A stretch of 64,000 bases of DNA from NCBI RefSeq assembly GCF_006345805.1, contig NC_042997.1:138880001-138944000 (forward strand), read 5' to 3'. This stretch comes from Octopus sinensis. Taxonomy: Eukaryota. The first letter of the stretch is position 1; each line of letters opens with the position of its first letter. The notes below the pieces were generated by a model, which was given only the letters and a program-made list of their open reading frames with translations, was not told the DNA's origin and ran no database searches. A program made the translations under genes and the position numbers. Below, in pieces: positions 52,555 through 64,000 of this stretch.

Positions 52555-53398
52555 CTTCTATTTATAAATGTTCTAAAATCTTCACAGCCTTGGTTTCTTT
52601 TATCTTATTCTGAAATTTTTTTTTTATATATATACACATATTGATATATGTCCTACGTTGGACTTCTTATTCGCATAATCACCGAACCTGGAGCTTAACT
52701 ATGGTCTATCCATAGCACTTACTCAGCATTACCTGAAATCTTTGGGTCTTATTGACACCATTACCTCTCACCCCCCCTCTCTCTCTCTATATATATATAT
52801 ATATATGCATATATATACAAAAATATAGATAGATAGATATACAAACAGACAGACAGATAGATCTACTTATATATAGATAGACATAGATTTGTTGTCAGAA
52901 TAGGCAAATGAAAATCAGAGACTTTCGACTAGTAATTTATCTAAGGCAGTTCTACCTGTAAATGAAAGAGCCGTCGGAGACTAAAACACCAGCATCGTCC
53001 AAAGCCCGCATAGTGATGCGTATGACTTCAGAATACACAGTAGCATGAATAACAGAAACAGTTAAAGGGTGAATGAACTCTAGAGAGTCAACAGAAATTC
53101 AGTAAACCACATACTTGCTTTTGCATATGTATATATGTATGAACACGTTTATGTAAATCAACATGGGGAAAAAGGACCGTCTGTCATAAAACCAGCAGTA
53201 TTTGTTGTGTCTGGTTAACTTGCCTACTTTTGCTTCTTGTTTGTTTAACGACTCGTGTTGCACATGCAAGATAGGAAAACAGATACACTCACGTATACAT
53301 ATATATAGTTGGAATTTAGAAAAAAAAACAAAAGACGAAGACGGGTGTATAAACAACAAACAGGTGTATTAGTTTAACGCTCGAGAAGGTGAGAAAGT

Positions 53399-53434
53399 CT
53401 TTTACGTTTCGAGCGTACGCTCTTCAACAGAAAT
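53399..53434 (-). ncRNA. Minimal HHR motif, CUGUNGA variant family
   Basis: ATTT-CTGTTGA-A-GAGC-GTAC-GCTC-GAAAC-GTA-AAAG. Confidence 0.55.
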
Positions 53435-53707
53435 GAACACGAGAAAATAAACAGAGAGAGAATAAGAAAAGCTTAGTGGCTAGCGGTCGATTATGGCGAT
53501 GGCCGGACAGAGGTGGTATGACAGGAGAGCTACGAAGAAGGGAAGATATATATATATATATGCTAAGGTATTCGATTTAGTCTGCTATTTCATTCGATAG
53601 TTAAGGGTGCATAAAACCTAACACTCAGACCTGATTCATTATGCTAAATATTTCGAACACGTTTCCGATTTTGTTTCATGACAAGCAGAATAAAATTTAT
53701 GTGAGTG

Positions 53708-53744
<37 letters not shown>

Positions 53745-53795
<51 letters not shown>

Positions 53796-53824
53796 TGTGT
53801 GTGTGTGTGCATATATATATACAT

Positions 53825-53858
<34 letters not shown>

Positions 53859-54134
53859 TTATAGTGTGCTCGTTGCCAGTGCCGCCGGACTGGCTCCCGT
53901 GCAGGTAGCATGTAAAAAAACACCTTTTGGGCATCGTCGTTGCCAGAACTGTCTGACTGGAGCAATCTCGAGTATAACCGACCGAAATTGCAAAGATAAT
54001 CTGGAACTCGACTGAGGAAAGAAAACTCCGAATGACTCGTCCTTGTTTTCTTTGTATTGTCTATCTGGATGTTTTGTCGACCTTTTTTGTATCACCTAAC
54101 TACCTGGATGTCTTGCATTCTTGTCTCATTTTGT

Positions 54135-54182
<48 letters not shown>

Positions 54183-55046
54183 TATATAATATTGCATTTC
54201 TATTTTGTTTATATAATATGCAGTCGTTGAATTCGTCTTTCATGCTTCATGTACCAGTAACTGCATTGGGTTTCAAACCAGTCTCAAACACTGTCTACTA
54301 TTTTCTTCTATTTCTCAGAAATAGATCGAAATAAACGGGAAACCAAAGAGCTGTAGATAGCCGAGTGGACCGGGTAGGAGACAACCAGCTAAAATGTTTG
54401 TTGTTCATACCTTCTAACTAGTATTGATAATATGTCTTCAGCGGAGACTCTAAGTTCTGATCGACTCAACATTGCAACATATTTCAGTCTGTCGCCACTA
54501 TTAACACTTCAGAATAGCGAGGACAAATTGTAACTGTTGTAATCAATACATAGCTATTGAAAATCTATACAACTATTTCAGATTATAAACGTCGACTCTT
54601 TGAAAATTATTTATCGTTCGATTTCCATCAGGTGGCGCTAATAGCTAATAATAAATAGTAGTTAAGATTGAACGTAGAATAAAGACGGGAAAAAAAGACA
54701 CATACACACATATATAGTGTTTGAGCGTGATTAAGTATTTTGATCTTCATCTAAATTACTGCAAACTACATAATGATATAAAAATGAATGCTACGAATGG
54801 CTGGTTTAGACGTGATTTGTGAAATGGTGTTGGAACACGGCCTGATGATCGCAGTCTTTTTGTTATCAATTTATCTAATGAATGGCTGTGTAGTTAAGAA
54901 ACTCGCTTTGCAGCCATATATCTTCAAGTTCAGTCCCACTTCGTTGTACTTTGGGCAAGTGTCTTCCAGTAAAGCCTCGAACCGACATACAACTTGTGTG
55001 TGAATTGATAAACATCGTATATTTGGGTGTATTTGTGTGTGCATGT

Positions 55047-55088
<42 letters not shown>

Positions 55089-55127
55089 TGTGTGTGTCTG
55101 TGTGTGTGTGTGCATATATATATACAT

Positions 55128-55159
<32 letters not shown>

Positions 55160-55434
55160 TTATAGTGTGCTCGTTGCCAGTGCCGCCGGACTGGCTCCCG
55201 TGCAGGTAGCATGTAAAAAACACCTTTTGGGCATCGTCGTTGCCAGAACTGTCTGACTGGAGCAATCTCGAGTATAACCGACCGAAATTGCAAAGATAAT
55301 CTGGAACTCGACTGAGGAAAGAAAACTCCGAATGACTCGTCCTTGTTTTCTTTGTATTGTCTATCTGGATGTTTTGTCGACCTTTTTTGTATCACCTAAC
55401 TACCTGGATGTCTTGCATTCTTGTCTCATTTTGT

Positions 55435-55480
<46 letters not shown>

Positions 55481-56360
55481 TATATAATATTGCATTTATA
55501 TTTTGTTTATATAATATTGCAGTCGTTGAATTCGTCTTTCATGCTTCATGTACCAGTAACTGCATTGGGTTTCAAACCAGTCTCAACACTGTCTACTATT
55601 TTCTTCTATTTCTCAGAAATAGATCGAAATAAACGGGAAACCAAAGAGCTGTAGATAGCCGAGTGGACCGGGTAGGAGACAACCAGCTAAAATGTTTGTT
55701 GTTCATACCTTCTAACTAGTATTGATAATATGTCTTCAGCGGAGACTCTAAGTTCTGATCGACTCAACATTGCAACATATTTCAGTCTGTCGCCACTATT
55801 AACACTTCAGAATAGCGAGGACAAATTGTAACTGTTGTAATCAATACATAGCTATTGAAAATCTATACAACTATTTCAGATTATAAACGTCGACTCTTTG
55901 AAAATTATTTATCGTTCGATTTCCATCAGGTGGCGCTAATAGCTAATAATAAATAGTAGTTAAGATTGAACGTAGAATAAAGACGGGAAAAAAAGACACA
56001 TACACACATATATAGTGTTTGAGCGTGATTAAGTATTTTGATCTTCATCTAAATTACTGCAAACTACATAATGATATAAAAATGAATGCTACGAATGGCT
56101 GGTTTAGACGTGATTTGTGAAATGGTGTTGGAACACGGCCTGATGATCGCAGTCTTTTTGTTATCAATTTATCTAATGAATGGCTGTGTAGTTAAGAAAC
56201 TCGCTTTGCAGCCATATATCTTCAAGTTCAGTCCCACTTCGTTGTACTTTGGGCAAGTGTCTTCCAGTAAAGCCTCGAACCGACATACAACTTGTGTGTG
56301 AATTTGATAAACATCGTATATTTGGGTGTATTTGTGTGTGCATGTGTGTATGTGTGTGTG
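53745..56360. repeat. Near-identical tandem duplication with a period of about 1.3 kb
   Basis: ATAGTGTGCTCGTTGCC at 53861 and 55162 (offset 1301); the junction lies in (TG)n. Confidence 0.95.
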
Positions 56361-56505
56361 TGTTTGTCCCAACACACCACACCACATCACACTGCTTGAC
56401 AACTGGTGTTTGGTTGTTTACGTCCATGTAATTTATTGGTTCGACAAAAAAAAAAGAGAGAGAGAGATAATAGACAAACAGAGCCAGAGATAGACAGACA
56501 GAAGG

Positions 56506-56554
<49 letters not shown>

Positions 56555-56677
56555 GAGAGACAGAGACAGAGAAACAGAAACAGAGAGACAGATAGACAGA
56601 AAAACAGAGGTAGAGAGAGAGAGGTAGAGGTAGAGAGAGAGAGAGAGAGAGTAAGAGAGAGAGAGAAGGAGAGAGGG

Positions 56678-56714
<37 letters not shown>

Positions 56715-57098
56715 AGGCTAGTGTGAGAGAACAAATCTGAGACAAATGTTTATCAGAAACGGAAAAATCAGCATAGGTATCAGAATGAAATATTTTATGA
56801 TACAATCCATCCAATGATACAATTCGTTCAATGGTCATACATCGTCATTTGAAACTGCATATCAAGTAATTGTTGGTTGAGATTTTGGTTGGTTAGTTGG
56901 TTGGCTGACCGCCTGAGTGACTGGCTGTATGCGTTACTGCATGTATGGTAGAAAGTAGTTCTTGTTTTACAAACATATTTGTGACAAATTTTAACTTCCA
57001 AAGGAAATTTTGCAGCAGTTTACCATGAAGAAAAATAATATCACTTCGGGAAAAAGGTGTTAAAAAATCTTACCTGCTCAGTGTCGCCTTCTATCATG

Positions 57099-57141
57099 TT
57101 CATAGACGCGTTTCTGGCTCATTAATCTTCCTAAGTAGGAA
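57099..57141 (-). ncRNA. Degenerate HHR, one unit of a tandem dimer
   Basis: TTCCTA-CTTAGGA-AGATTAATGAGCCA-GAAAC-GC-GTC-TATGAA. Confidence 0.5.
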
Positions 57142-57429
57142 ATACCGAAGAGAAGTAAATGTGGGGAGATTATAAAGTTGTAGCTTCCTCTTAGAGCAAT
57201 CAGTATCAGTGACTGAGGTGAAATCGCTGACCGCCTGGTCTGAATAGATACAGAAATACCCGTGCTAAGCAGTGATGAGAAACAAGCAAACTTTAGTTTA
57301 GATGAACTGTTTGTGAAATATTTTAACTTTTAAAGGCAATTTCCCTGCATTTTCCTGTGGAGAAAAATTCTCATCTATGTTAAAATGGTGTGAAAATACC
57401 TTATCTGCATAGTGTCACTCTACATCGGA

Positions 57430-57472
57430 CTCCTATACACGTTTCTGGCTCCTTATCCTTCTTCAGTAGGAG
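57430..57472 (-). ncRNA. Minimal type I HHR with intact core and perfect 6-bp stem I
   Basis: CTCCTA-CTGAAGA-A-GG-ATAAGGAG-CC-A-GAAAC-GT-GTA^TAGGAG; stem II is weak (2 bp). Confidence 0.68.
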
Positions 57473-58545
57473 ATACCGAAGAGAGATAACCCTGAGCATA
57501 TTAGAAAACCGTAGCTTTAAGTTAAAATACATCACAAACCTAAAGATGGTTTACTTCTCAACACTGCTAAGCGCTGCCACTACTATACTCTTAATGTTTA
57601 ACCTGAGACAGACCTTGATCAGAAAGATCTAGGGTAGTAAAAAAGCAGTCATCCCAATTGTGATTATCTTGTTGCCTTCTGTGGGCACAATAGTAGTCAA
57701 ATAACATTGTTCAAGATGATTTGAGAAATAGTTGACTGTTATTTCTATCAAGTTTAACGAAAAAATTGAGGGACACTTCATTGGTTCATTGAACGGGATA
57801 GTTTCGCTAAGTGAAGAAAAATCAGTTATAGAGTGTCTGGGTGGCAGGATAACCGACTGTGTTGTATACTTTGTAGTTGATGGATTAATGAACGAATGGC
57901 TAAAGTATTCGTTGTTGTTGTTGTTGTAATTATTGGCTTTGATAAAAGAAATCTAAGGACACCCGGTCAGTTTTTTAAACTCTTACACCCTGGACTATAT
58001 TATCAAAAGTGTCCTTTAAAAATGAACAATAGATAGTTGCCTCAGAGAGATTTGACTGTTGATTACAGTAGGTCGAGTCAACAGACTCGTTAGTTCGTTA
58101 AAGTATTAGTTGGCAAAATCGCTGATTGTCTACTTGAAAAGATGTTTAACTGGATGCATAGAATTAATAAGAGAACAAACGGACAGGTAGATACTAACCT
58201 GGCTTCTAAAGAGCTGTTAAGTGATTAAAAATGACCTGTCTTTTCAGTAAAAAGCAGCATTGCTAAATTGATTTCACATCAAGTAGCACATTTTTGGAAA
58301 GTAGCCGATTGTATTAGAAAGTGGCCGAAACTGAAAGTTTTGCTGCCAAATAAAAAAATATCTTTTATTTTTGACTTCTTTCTGTCATTAGACTAGAGCC
58401 ATGCTGGAGCACCACCTTGAAAATTTTTTAGTTGAATGGATCTCAGTACTTATTTTTTTCTTTTAAGCCTGGTACTTATTTTATCGGTCGCTTTTGGTGC
58501 ACCGCTAAGTTATATGGACGTAAACAAATCAGCACTGGTTGTCAA

Positions 58546-58721
58546 GCAGCTACCCTCTTGACCCAGGGCAGCACTGCCTCCTCCAGGCACTTGATGTACG
58601 CCTCTGTGTTGAGTGTGAGGACGTGTGGGGAGCTGAATGGAGGCTTAACATCGCCATCACTAGTGATCACACCAAACACCATGATGTTGACTGGATGTTT
58701 GATTTTTATCACTCTCGGTAC
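58546..58721 (-). mobile_element. Tc1/mariner transposase fragment (maT/DD37D-like)
   Basis: Minus-strand translation VPRVIKIKHPVNIMVFGVITSDGDVKPPF...LNTEAYIKCLEEAVLPWVKR; not in the ORF track. Confidence 0.75.
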
Positions 58722-59401
58722 GTGTCTTCAGATTGCATTGTCCTCAAATTAACACCCAAACACTCAGAAATGATCGTATTAGAGCTTCCGGCACGAATGA
58801 CAAGCAGTACAGCATGTAGTTTCTAAATTTCTGGCCGAGTGAATTGCGTCATGGTGCTGTTTTTCTCACAGACAGTAACCAACTGACCCTACTATACTGT
58901 GTAGTCGCCAAAATATAAACAAACAATACGCATGCGCGAAGTTAAAAACATAATATAGCGACAATTTACCCATCGTATCCTGTATATATATATATAGGCG
59001 TAGGAGTGGCTGTGTGGTTAGTAGCTTGCTTACGAACCATATGGTTCCGGATTCCGTCCCACACGTGGCACCTTGGGCAAGTGTCTTCTATTGCCTCGGG
59101 GCGACCAAAGCTTTGTAAGTGAATTTGGTAGACGGAAAGTGTAAGAAGCCTGTCGTATGTATATATATATATATGTGTGTGTGTATATATGTTTGTGAGT
59201 CTGTCTTTGTTCCCCCAACATCGCTTGACAACCGATACTGGTGTGTTTACGTCCCTGTAACTTAGCGGTTCTGCAAAAAAGACCGATAGAATAAGTACTA
59301 GGCTTACAAAGAATAAGTCCAGGGGTCGATTTGCTCGACTAAAGGCGGTGCTCCAGCATGGCCACTTGTCAAATTACTGAAACAAGTGAGTAAAAGTGTA
59401 T

Positions 59402-59438
<37 letters not shown>

Positions 59439-61759
59439 GAAACATATATATACGTATACACACACATATATTTATATATATATATACATATACGCACATA
59501 CATACATGCATGCATACATACATACATACATACATACATACATACATACATACATACATACAGGCCTGTTTTTACCCACCTTTCTGCTTGTATCACGTGA
59601 TCTGTGTTAGGCACTGGGACGAAATATTTTCGAATTCTTTTCATTATTGACTAATGATTAGCGCATAAGGCATTTTTCGAATAAATTATGTTCGCAATAT
59701 TTTACTATTGAGTACCCCTTCGTTGTAAACAACGTTTATATTTATATATGTGTGTATGTATATAATATATATATATAATGTGTGTGAATGTGTGTGCGTG
59801 TTTGTGTGTGTGTGTGTGTATGTGTGTGCGTGCGTGTGTACGTATATTGGCAAGGATTGCCGAATCTGTACAGTGAACAAAAATATTTCGTGGTATTTGA
59901 TTCCGTCCCGGCTACGTCACTTTACGCCTGCTCTTCTTTGCCTTTCTTCCTATGGAAGTTATAAATACGAGTACCAAACAAACTGTGGGTCAATATAATT
60001 GACTAAAAGCAGTTAGAGGCTGTAGCCTAGCATGGTCGCAGTCGAGTGATTAAAATCTTTCGGGTCTCATATATTTTTAGGATCCCAGATATATAGTTTT
60101 GAATAATACTTTAATTTTTGTTTGTTTTATCTTTTGCTTGCTTCCCTAATTTGTCTGTGCCCATGTTGGGGCACCGCCTTGCAGCATTTTAGGCGAATTA
60201 AATCGATTCCTATACATTTTTTAAAAACCTGGTACTTATTCTGTCGTATATTTTGCTGAACCACTAAATGACGAAGACGTAGATACATCAACCCCTGTTG
60301 TCAAGAGGTGGTAAGAGACAAACGCAGACACATTGACACATCTCACACGCACACATACACATACATACACGCGCGCACGCACACACACGCTCACACGAAC
60401 ACACGCACACATATATACATACATACATCATACATACATACATACATACATACATACATACATACGTACGTACGTTCGTACATACATATATACACACGCA
60501 CACACGCACTCGCACACACACTCACACATACACACACACACAAACACATACATACATACATCCATACGTACATACATACATATACGCACACGCACGCACA
60601 CACACACACGCACTCGCACACACACTCACACACACACACAATCACACATACATACATACATACATACATACATACATACATACATACATACATACATACA
60701 TACATACATACATACATACATTCATTCATTCATACATGCATATATATATAAAGAATAAAAATGCTATATTTAGAAAGGTAAGCGAAACTGTACAATATCA
60801 ATTCTTACTAAAATTCAATTTTGGCTTAAGTAAAATGAAACTATGTCGGTCGGCAATGGAAACAAGGGTCGCAACCTCAGTCCAGCAGTTGCCTCTTATA
60901 ATAAACCGTTATTTACATTTGTCGGAAAATGGCGGCTTATTTTAGTTACATCTTTATTATGTACGAAGTTCAAATGCTGTCTAGTCGACTTTGTCTTTTA
61001 TCCCACCGAGGTCAATAAAGTCGATAAACTACTGAGGTCGATTCACTCGGCTGTTTTCTTTCCTCAAAAATCTAAAACTCGGAGCCATGTGAGAGAATAT
61101 TATTTTCACTCTGTTTTTAGCAAAAATCTGCTATAATTAAATACAGAGCGTTAGAAACGAGCTTGTTTTGATATACATAAACATAAACAATCAAGCAGGT
61201 TGTGTCTACATGTTCAAACACGTTTAAGAAGATTGGGCTAATGTTTTATAAATGCTAAAAATAAGGAAAGAATATAGAAGCTTAACAGTAGATTTTTTTT
61301 TTCTTTCAGTAAGTGAATGTTAGAAATCAATATTGGAATATTGTATTCTTTTCAATGTCGTCTACCATCATACTTGAAATTTTATTGAAACAAGCGACCA
61401 TCAGTTGAATTACTCGATAATGTTAAATAGGAATTGTCTATGACCAACGTTGAATAATTATTTCGCTTTCTCTCATTCACCGCCAGCGAATGTGAGTGCG
61501 CGCGTGTTCGAACACACACACATACACAAACACACGCACGCACACACACATATATAGACACACAGACAAACACAGATTTGTGTGCATACAAACACACGTA
61601 TGTACACACAAAATACACACACACACAAACGTACACTCCCCAACGTTCACACATACACGTACACACACATACGTACACACACATACGTACATACACATAT
61701 GTGTACACACATATGTACAGACACATGTGGGCGAAAATGTCTGCACTAGCTAGTATAAA

Positions 61760-62805
61760 AAGCCGAAAGCAGACATGAACTCATAAAATTTACAGATCAA
61801 GAAAAAACAAAAGACATTTCGAGGAGACGAAGCGAAAACAGAATAGGAATGTCTTTCAACAAAAGTTTGCTGAGAAAAGCAAGAAAACGGAAAAGATAAG
61901 TGCTAATAAATAGACACAAAAAGCTAAATTTGAGCAGGAGGCCCTCAATATCTTTAGTTTAAGTAGCAATTACTCAAAAGCTAGATAGAATATAATGTCC
62001 TTGACTAACTAAACAGGATTTGAAACGGTTACGATAACTGACCATTTGGACTGATCGCCGGGCAGAATGTCGTTGTCATTGTACATTGAAAACAAGACCG
62101 AAACCGGTTGAACTGAGATCAGCAACAAAATGCTGATAGTGAAACCCATTTGAATTGATCCGAGTTGATCAAAGCACCAATGAACACGTAAAGCATGAGT
62201 AAACAGCATCACCAACAAAAGGAAACAAAAAGAAAACCTACCCAGACAGTCCAAGTTCACCGCATAAACAAACAGTCAAAGAGCCCGGGAAAAATAAATG
62301 GTATATGGTAACATATACAAAAAGTACGGCGATAGAAAGGGAAGTAACCAAATTCAAATCGGTAATAAGAGTAAAATTACCAGTGGAGCTTTACACAGAA
62401 AATACAAAAGGCATAGTAATAGACCAAGAGAGATATGAAAAATTAAAAGAATGGTTTGAAAACAACATAGACCCATTGGGTGTAGAGGCAGAGTTCGACA
62501 ACCTACTGCCTGTTGTAGATTATCTAGATTTGAAGCCATACATGAACACGTAAAGCATGAGTAAAATTTTGTTAGAGACTACACATACGATGCTAAAAAG
62601 GAAAAAGAAGAGAAAAAAATTATATTAAAACTTATGAAAACAGTTAAATGGTCCCAGTTGAGCGTGGGGTTCAAGTAGCCATTACATCCTCATTAATTAT
62701 TATCCATCTTTCATTCATTCGTTTTATGCATTTTGTCCCCACTGTGGTGTTTTGTCTGTACTTGTGCCGTCCCCCTCTGAGTCATAGCCTATGTTCCAAA
62801 TAAAG
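61760..62805 (+). other. Unassigned A-rich coding-like island, possibly a decayed LINE ORF1 plus 3' UTR
   Basis: Open frame from about 62203 to 62553 (about 116 codons, includes ORF 62305..62553); 24-bp direct repeats at 62180-62203 and 62542-62565; AATAAA near 62798. Confidence 0.35.
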
Positions 62806-63575
62806 AAAAGCAGTCGATGAGGTTCGCCGTACGGACCAGTCACGCAGACAACGAAGTTACGTCGTCATAATGCGGGACATATCAAAAGGTCTGGCCAATA
62901 ATCCTTGCCTTGAGGACTGTTATTGTAGCTTTAAGGGCACACCAGTCGTAATTACACCTAAAAAGACAGGATGGTCACAGCTGTAATATTATTGATTATA
63001 GGTCTATTCGACCAGCTTTGATCAGGAGTTAACCAACAACAACAGCCAAAACTATAGTTATGATGACATTGAGCTTTCTCCATCTTTCCGCCAACTTTCA
63101 AATTTTATTCAGATATGTATTCATTTATTTGCGAAAGTAATTTAATTTCAATATGGCGCAGAAGACAGCCTGCAGAGAATGTCAATAAATATTCGTTTAA
63201 TTTAGTATAAGTCAAAAATTTGAAGTAAAATTGTCCACACTACATTTGAAACATAAGACTTGTTTCTGTTTTTCTGTTAGCTTGTTTACTTGCATTTTTA
63301 TATTTTAAAAATATAACGGAAAAGATATATTTTTCCCACGACATTCTTTTTCTGACATATACTTAACTTATATTCTTTCTATCTGACGAAGTCTATAAAG
63401 TAAAAAAAAAAAACCTACTATTATTTATCAAGGAAGAGACGCAAAACTGCTCATACTCGGAGATATACGTATAGAATTATTGGCGGAGATAAAGGACATG
63501 GACCGCACCTCCTTCTATATACATATATATATATATATATTATATATATATATATAATATATATATATATAATAT

Positions 63576-63618
<43 letters not shown>

Positions 63619-63669
63619 TATTATATATATATATATATTATATATATATATATATTATATATATATATA

Positions 63670-63887
63670 CAGGATGCGGCAGAAGTAACGCCCTTTTTGC
63701 ATTTATTAACTTTTATGGTATAGAAATGCTTATTAAGTAATTTTTTATTGAACACAAATTTATTACTTAAAGAAACGAATAATAAACTAATGAAAAATTC
63801 GCAGAAGTTTCAAGAAATTTATTAAGTATCGTCCCATCAAAACAACATGGTTCAAGTACAAACAAGCGTTACTTCTGCTTCACCCTG
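63670..63887. mobile_element. Tc1/mariner-type MITE (218 bp)
   Basis: TA|CAGGATGCGGCAGAAGTAACGC and GCGTTACTTCTGCTTCACCCTG|TA. Confidence 0.8.
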
Positions 63888-63928
<41 letters not shown>

Positions 63929-64000
63929 TATATATACACATAAACACACACATACACACACACACACACATATATATATAGTTGAAAAATGCTATAAATT

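Noticed and set aside
54007-54045. CTGAGGA...GAAT-GACTC-GTC as a hammerhead (duplicated at about 55310)
   Set aside because: GAAAC is broken and there is no stem I; at most a heavily decayed relic.
62009-62260. Minus-strand ORF with a signal-peptide-like start
   Set aside because: Hydrophobicity follows from the A-rich opposite strand; no supporting splice or promoter signal.
62013-62267. 84-codon plus-strand frame whose six internal stops are all TGA (TGA=Trp recoding, organelle or bacterial insert)
   Set aside because: The adjacent open frame uses TGG for Trp, no organellar protein is recognisable, and CGA-to-TGA decay or chance explains it more simply.
63376-63478. CTGACGA-AGTCT...AGAC-GCAAAAC hammerhead-like string
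   Set aside because: GAAA is disrupted and the stem III/cleavage register is inconsistent.

Overview
AT-rich, microsatellite-dense animal DNA. The SINE and repeat families resemble those I recall from Octopus genomes (inference, not a database result). I recognise no host protein-coding exon, rRNA, true tRNA or CRISPR array, so the window reads as intergenic or deep-intronic. Most ORFs in the supplied track are transposon fragments or microsatellite artefacts. Mobile elements seen: RLE-type LINEs (R4/Dong-like), L1/Tx1, RTE and CR1-group LINEs, a Penelope-like element (PLE) with a GIY-YIG domain, mariner, Tc1 (IR/DR type), maT-like and hAT remnants, non-autonomous Helitrons, MITEs and two tRNA-derived SINE families. 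The main signal the ORF track misses is RNA-level: I can trace by eye 16 type I hammerhead ribozyme (HHR) motifs on both strands, in at least six sequence families. Five keep every core nucleotide (29780-29872 minus, 29965-30057 plus, 33361-33404 minus, 41593-41683 plus, 57430-57472 minus). They include a head-to-head pair inside a 156-bp inverted repeat and a retrozyme-like tandem dimer with a 331-bp period. Several sit in or near (TA)n-bounded cassettes that carry perfect palindromes or foldbacks. All structures were read by eye and coordinates of decayed elements are approximate.
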